A stretch of DNA of 32,000 nt from Desulfotalea psychrophila LSv54 (GTDB lineage Bacteria; Desulfobacterota; Desulfobulbia; Desulfobulbales; Desulfocapsaceae). This document shows positions 28,019 to 32,000 of this stretch, in pieces; position 1 is the first letter of the stretch, and every line of letters begins with the position of its first letter. The stretch spans positions 2,040,001 to 2,072,000 of the forward strand of contig NC_006138.1 in NCBI RefSeq assembly GCF_000025945.1, read 5' to 3'. A model generated the notes under the pieces. The model saw nothing but the letters and a program-made list of their open reading frames with translations, was not told where the DNA came from and made no database searches. The translations under genes and the position numbers were made by a program.

Positions 28019-28363
28019 TTATTGGGGATAGTATTCCCCTGTGCGTTGATTGATTGCCCCACTATGATTATCCCTACTATTTTTAGTTATGATATCTGGA
28101 TGTTCAGCTCCGTTTTCATGCTCAATCCCAGACGGATTAAACTTCATGTCAGCACCCTGTTGTTCTTTTATGAGCTTATCATGGGCCTGATCCAGCATGC
28201 GCTGACTTTCCTCTGCACTATCTGCAAGGCGGTAGCCGGGGCGAGTTTCGCCGCTTTGTCTCATATGCTCTTCTGGTTCGGCTTTCGGCTCCACTCATGT
28301 TTTTGTATGGGCCGTGGATGATAACAAAACTGCTGCCAGTGCTAAAACGATAAACCCTTTCAT
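28019..28363 (-). pseudogene. Small secreted protein interrupted by an in-frame TGA at codon 23
   Basis: ATG 28363 (RBS gggggGTGGac) gives MKGFIVLALAAVLLSSTAHTKT, TGA (28297..28295), then VEPKAEPEEHMRQSGETRPGYRLADSAEESQRM...HSGAINQRTGEYYPQ* in the same frame. Confidence 0.6.
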
Positions 28364-28838
28364 GTCCACCCCCCTCTATGATTGACCATCCCCCTGTTGC
28401 TGTCATTTTAGATTTTATCATAAGATAACCCACCTTTTAAGGTTAGGGAAAAATCCCCTGATTTACAATGGCTCTTTTTGGGGGGAGGAGTTGAGTGGCC
28501 GATGCCACTCTTCCATGCCGATCTCTTCGGCCTTGCCAGGATTTCCCCTCCCACTCCAGGCCACTCCCTGACTCAAGCAGATATAAAACTACTGGCAGAA
28601 GATCATTGTCAGGAGTATGGTTGGCATGTTTGTAAGTGTACGATAGAACTGGCGATATCTGGTCTTCTTGTGAGGACGGAATGTTTCCATGTTTGATGGA
28701 TGATATCGGGGTAGGTGGAAAGTCTTGGTCGTATGGGGACTACTGCTGTAATCAGGAGGGACGTTCCTTCAACAAGAGATTGGCATCACGACCAATTTGA
28801 TTGATAATATTTAAGAGCAGGGTCTGGAATCTTGAGAT

Positions 28839-29915
28839 ATGAAAAAAGTTAAGAACAAAATGCAATATAATCGGTTATCAAAAAGACGATTTGAAAAAAA
28901 AATAAAGAGAAAAAAACATAAAAAAGAGCTAATAAAATTAGCTATACAACAAAAAAAAAGCATTTTGAATGTAAAAAGAAATAAATTAAAATTACATAAA
29001 AAAGCAAATGCTGAAGACTTTATCGAACTAAAGCCACCATCGCATTTTAGTATTATTGAGAACCCAAATGAAACTTTAACTTTTTTTGAAAGTTTAGAAA
29101 GTAACCTTCTTAACTACGATCCAATTTATATTAACATGTCGGAAATAAGCAGAATGACTGTAGATGCATTGTTATATTATATTTCAATTTTACAGCATAT
29201 TAAAACAAAGCTTAGTGCCTATATTTTAAAAGGTTCATTTCCCGAAGATGAAGAAACTTTAACATTGATGAAGCGATCCGGCTTTTTAAGGTATTTTAAA
29301 ACATCTGAAGATAATATTAATACTCATAGAGATTATGTTGAAATAAAAAGTGGTAATATTGCAGATAATCAAGTTGTTAAAGATATATGTCTTTTTGTTA
29401 TGGAGAAAATGAAAGTCGGTAGGGTAAAAACACAAAAATTGTATGATATTATTTTTGAAATGATGTTAAACACAAAACAACATGCCTATAATGCTAATAC
29501 GAATAAATATGATAATTGGTTATTGTTTTTGAAGTTTAATCCGGATAAATCTAATATAGAGTTTATTTTTTTGGATAAGGGCTTTGGTATTCCTCAAACA
29601 GTAAGAAAAAATAAATTAGAAATAGCCGTAAAATGGTTTTCTAAAATAGGGATAACTGAATTTAGCGAGACTGATTTAGTTGATTCAGCATTAAAGGGAG
29701 CATTTAGAACTAAAACGGAAAAAGGATATAGAGGGAAAGGTTTACCTAAAATAAATCAATATTTTGAAAATGGATATATAAAATCATTAAATATTATATC
29801 TAAAAAAGCTTGTATAACTGCAGAAAACAAACATGATTTGGAAAAAGAAATAATCGGTACACTATATTCCTGGAAAATCACAAAGGATAGTATAAATGGC
29901 AACAATAATTATTAG
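28839..29915 (+). CDS. GHKL-family (histidine-kinase-like) ATP-binding protein with strongly basic N-terminus
   Basis: N-box-like IIFEMMLNTKQHAY, G1-like FIFLDKGFGI, G2-like GYRGKGLPKI; N-terminal 60 aa rich in Lys/Arg. Confidence 0.8.
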   Translation: MKKVKNKMQYNRLSKRRFEKKIKRKKHKKELIKLAIQQKKSILNVKRNKLKLHKKANAEDFIELKPPSHFSIIENPNETLTFFESLESNLLNYDPIYINMSEISRMTVDALLYYISILQHIKTKLSAYILKGSFPEDEETLTLMKRSGFLRYFKTSEDNINTHRDYVEIKSGNIADNQVVKDICLFVMEKMKVGRVKTQKLYDIIFEMMLNTKQHAYNANTNKYDNWLLFLKFNPDKSNIEFIFLDKGFGIPQTVRKNKLEIAVKWFSKIGITEFSETDLVDSALKGAFRTKTEKGYRGKGLPKINQYFENGYIKSLNIISKKACITAENKHDLEKEIIGTLYSWKITKDSINGNNNY

Positions 29916-30213
29916 TGAAACATTTACAGATGCACCTGGTGGAAGGTTGCGTTCCGATGGCCCAAAGTCTGGAGAAGAATTCAGAAATGATTTTTTGATA
30001 CCGGTTTTTGACAAGCTAACTGAATCAGAACAGATAACTATTGATTTAGACGGTTGTTTTGGATACGCAACCAGTTTTTTAGAAGAAGTTTTTGGAGGGT
30101 TATCAAGAGAATACGGAGCAAAAAAAGTTTTGGAAAAATTAAAATTTAAATCTGATGAAGAACCTCTTTTAATAACAGAAATTCAGGAGTATATAAAAGA
30201 TGCTTCGAAATAA
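29896..30213 (+). CDS. STAS-like protein (DUF4325 type)
   Basis: 105 aa; RSDGPKSGEEFRNDFLIPVFDKLTESEQITIDLDGCFGYATSFLEEVFGGLSREYG; overlaps the ATPase gene by 20 nt. Confidence 0.78.
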   Translation: MATIIISETFTDAPGGRLRSDGPKSGEEFRNDFLIPVFDKLTESEQITIDLDGCFGYATSFLEEVFGGLSREYGAKKVLEKLKFKSDEEPLLITEIQEYIKDASK

Positions 30214-30508
30214 AGTAGGGATTTTTCTTGTTTTTTTAATTTTAGTAATCACCATTGATTTGTTAACAATCAATTTTCTGAAATGGGACTTTCTAAGTGT
30301 TAATTTTTTTAATTGTCGATTAATTGAAATTTTAAGGCTACTTGTAATGATATTTTTAAGTTGTTACGTTGCTTATTGGGTTTCAATTAAAAGTAATGCA
30401 ATTCAAAAAAAGAAGGATCTTTGTTTGGTTTTGATAAATGAGGGTAACTTGATTCTATCAGAACAAAAAGAGTTAACACTTTTCGTTTACACAGCAAACA
30501 AGCAATAA
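30200..30508 (+). CDS. Small membrane protein, two predicted TM helices, unknown function
   Basis: VGIFLVFLILVITIDLLTINFL and LIEILRLLVMIFLSCYVAYWVSI; overlaps the preceding gene by 14 nt. Confidence 0.65.
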   Translation: MLRNKVGIFLVFLILVITIDLLTINFLKWDFLSVNFFNCRLIEILRLLVMIFLSCYVAYWVSIKSNAIQKKKDLCLVLINEGNLILSEQKELTLFVYTANKQ

Positions 30509-30545
30509 AGATGATGGCAAGTTAGTTTTAAGTGGCTTTAGGCGA

Positions 30546-30761
30546 ATGAACAATAAATTAGATGCTATAAATATATTGTGCAGCAAAATTGATTCCAAGC
30601 TATCTGCTAGTACATTAATTACAAATTTTAAAATAATAAAAGAGCAGTTTGGGGATAGTTATATGGCAGGTTTTGCACTTGAAGATTCAAAAAAAATAGA
30701 AAAAAATTTTGATAAATTTGAAAAACTGTTTGATGACTTAAGGATTCAATTGTTAATTTAA
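30546..30761 (+). CDS. Small soluble protein, unknown function
   Basis: 71 aa ORF, same strand and base composition as the three upstream genes, 37 nt gap. Confidence 0.5.
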   Translation: MNNKLDAINILCSKIDSKLSASTLITNFKIIKEQFGDSYMAGFALEDSKKIEKNFDKFEKLFDDLRIQLLI

Positions 30762-30941
30762 GTATTCTCAGCTAACAAAACGTTGCACCGGATTCGCTGA
30801 AGCCTGTCGGTGAACTACCCGTCATACCTATTATTGATTACTATGATTGATCGAGTTGTCAGCTAGGCAGTGGGTATTTTCTTTCATCAGCAAGAGAAGA
30901 TGCAGTAAGATCTTTGCATCTCCTCTATTCTGGTTATTAGG

Positions 30942-30981
30942 CTAGCATCTAGCATCTAGCATCTAGCATCTAGCATCTAGC
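30942..30981. repeat. Heptanucleotide tandem repeat: CTAGC + 5 x ATCTAGC
   Basis: Direct reading: ctagc atctagc atctagc atctagc atctagc atctagc. Confidence 0.97.
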
Positions 30982-31243
30982 CGATTTCCTGCGAAATAAA
31001 GTCGGCCAAACTAGCAATGGATTCGAGGACCCTACGGCTGGTGTCTTCGCCGCCGATGCGGATATCGTACTGCTTCTGGACCAGGAAGACTATCTCGACG
31101 GCGTCGAGGGAGTCGAGGCCGAGGGGTGAGTCCGGGCCGATGAGTTGGGCATCACTGGGGAAATCGTCGGGGGCATCCATCACCTTGCAGGCATCAATAA
31201 TTAGTAGCTTCAGATTCCTTTCTAACTCTGCTCTCTTCTCCAT
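30977..31243 (-). CDS. Acyl carrier protein-like protein
   Basis: 88 aa; phosphopantetheine site GLDSLDAVEIVFLVQKQYDI. Confidence 0.88.
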   Translation of the reverse strand: MEKRAELERNLKLLIIDACKVMDAPDDFPSDAQLIGPDSPLGLDSLDAVEIVFLVQKQYDIRIGGEDTSRRVLESIASLADFISQEIG

Positions 31244-31508
31244 ATCTTTCCTTAAAAACGGCCCCTCTCAGAGGTGGCACAATATAAATTTATTATAAAA
31301 TAGCCTACCTGTAGGCTTGAAAACCATTGTCTAAAGGGTGTCTTTGAAAAATGAGACTTTTCGATAAATATCAGCTAAGCCCCGACTGCGAGGCATTTGG
31401 AAAATATTACCACAGGCATCGTTGATATCGGAGTCTACGCTTACCTCCGAGGATAAAATTTTTCATACAACGCAGAGATTTGAAGAAGAGACCATTTTTC
31501 GAGGCTCC

Positions 31509-32000
31509 CTAGAGGGTACCCTTGCCATATCTCCAAGAAAAAACCAAGCGGGAAAGGACAAGGCAGACCAGAAAAAAGCCCAGCAAAAGACCAATATTGC
31601 TCAGGATCGAGTGGATATCACCGCCCCGGACAAAGAGTTCGACAAAGCCCTCTAATCCCCAGGCCAGGGGGGAAAAGCCACTCAGTGTTTTCATAAATGC
31701 AGGCATAACATAGGTGGGAACCATGATTCCACCTATGGCGGCGGCAATGACCACTGAGACGGCACCGAGCATGGAGGCCTGATCGTAGCTACGGGCAAAG
31801 GCACCGAGGAGGAGACCATAGCCGGTGGCCGCCAGGGCCGCACAGAGGGCGAGGAGGAAGACCGCCCCCGGATGATCTCCGAGAAGGAGGGCGGGGGTGC
31901 CAAAGAGGGGCAGAATCCATTTACCCACCGCCAACATCAGAGAGAACTGGATGAGGCAGACCAGCACATAGGCCGCCGTCTTTCCTGCGACGATGACCTC
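31509..32000 (-). CDS. ABC-2 type transporter permease, C-terminal part (5' end outside window)
   Basis: Frame is open past the listed start to the window edge (EVIVAGKTAAYVLVCL...). GLLLGAFARSYDQASMLGAVSVVIAAAIGGIMVPTYVMPAFMKTLSGFSPLAWGLEGF is typical of ABC-2 permeases. Confidence 0.82.
   Translation of the reverse strand, partial: EVIVAGKTAAYVLVCLIQFSLMLAVGKWILPLFGTPALLLGDHPGAVFLLALCAALAATGYGLLLGAFARSYDQASMLGAVSVVIAAAIGGIMVPTYVMPAFMKTLSGFSPLAWGLEGFVELFVRGGDIHSILSNIGLLLGFFLVCLVLSRLVFSWRYGKGTL

Noticed and set aside
28295-28297. Selenocysteine interpretation of the in-frame TGA
   Set aside because: The residue follows a signal-peptide cleavage region with no redox motif nearby and no convincing SECIS identified; kept only as a low-probability option in the finding.
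28478-28696. 72-aa plus-strand ORF MGGGVEWPMPLFHADLFG...
   Set aside because: No recognisable motif and Met-Gly-Gly-Gly start follows a G-run; coding status cannot be supported.
31422-31655. 77-aa plus-strand ORF near the right edge
   Set aside because: Overlaps the ABC-2 permease frame antisense, low complexity charged composition, no support.
1-32000. CRISPR array, tRNA or rRNA genes, IS element or transposase
   Set aside because: No regularly spaced 20-40 nt repeats, no tRNA T-loop plus CCA patterns, no rRNA core strings and no transposase or integrase motifs were noticed by eye; a tRNAscan/ISfinder run would be needed for certainty.

Overview
This window resembles the chromosome of an anaerobic, sulfate-reducer-like Desulfobacterota bacterium (taxonomy is inference only). 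Left third, housekeeping: 3' end of nqrF plus a short nqrM-like ORF absent from the track; a minus-strand corC / lnt / prfB / Fe-S oxidoreductase operon in which prfB carries the classic CTTTGAC +1 programmed frameshift; an acetyl-CoA carboxylase-like pair (biotin carboxylase, then a fused AccA-AccD protein); a SIMPL protein; a lytic transglycosylase; and a B12-type radical SAM / ketosynthase III pair. Centre: a choline-utilisation glycyl-radical microcompartment locus (cutC, cutD, two tandem-domain BMC shell proteins, an EutS/PduU-like shell protein, an aldehyde dehydrogenase homologue, a frameshifted EutP/PduV-like GTPase, and a small EutQ/EutT-N-like protein). It is preceded by a DMT transporter, a small protein and a MerR-family regulator. 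Two near-identical promoters with 19-20 nt spacers (MerR type) lie before the transporter and before the BMC operon, suggesting one regulon. The ALDH homologue has Pro where the catalytic Cys is expected, and no single-domain BMC-H, no pentameric BMC-P, no Pta and no alcohol dehydrogenase is visible, so the locus looks incomplete or split. Right end: a Fic gene bracketed by 90-nt imperfect direct repeats, a secreted protein interrupted by an in-frame TGA, a compact AT-rich four-gene island (GHKL ATPase, STAS-like DUF4325 protein, two-TM protein, small protein) that is the best candidate for an undescribed system, a CTAG-rich heptanucleotide repeat, and a lone acyl carrier protein beside an ABC-2 permease.
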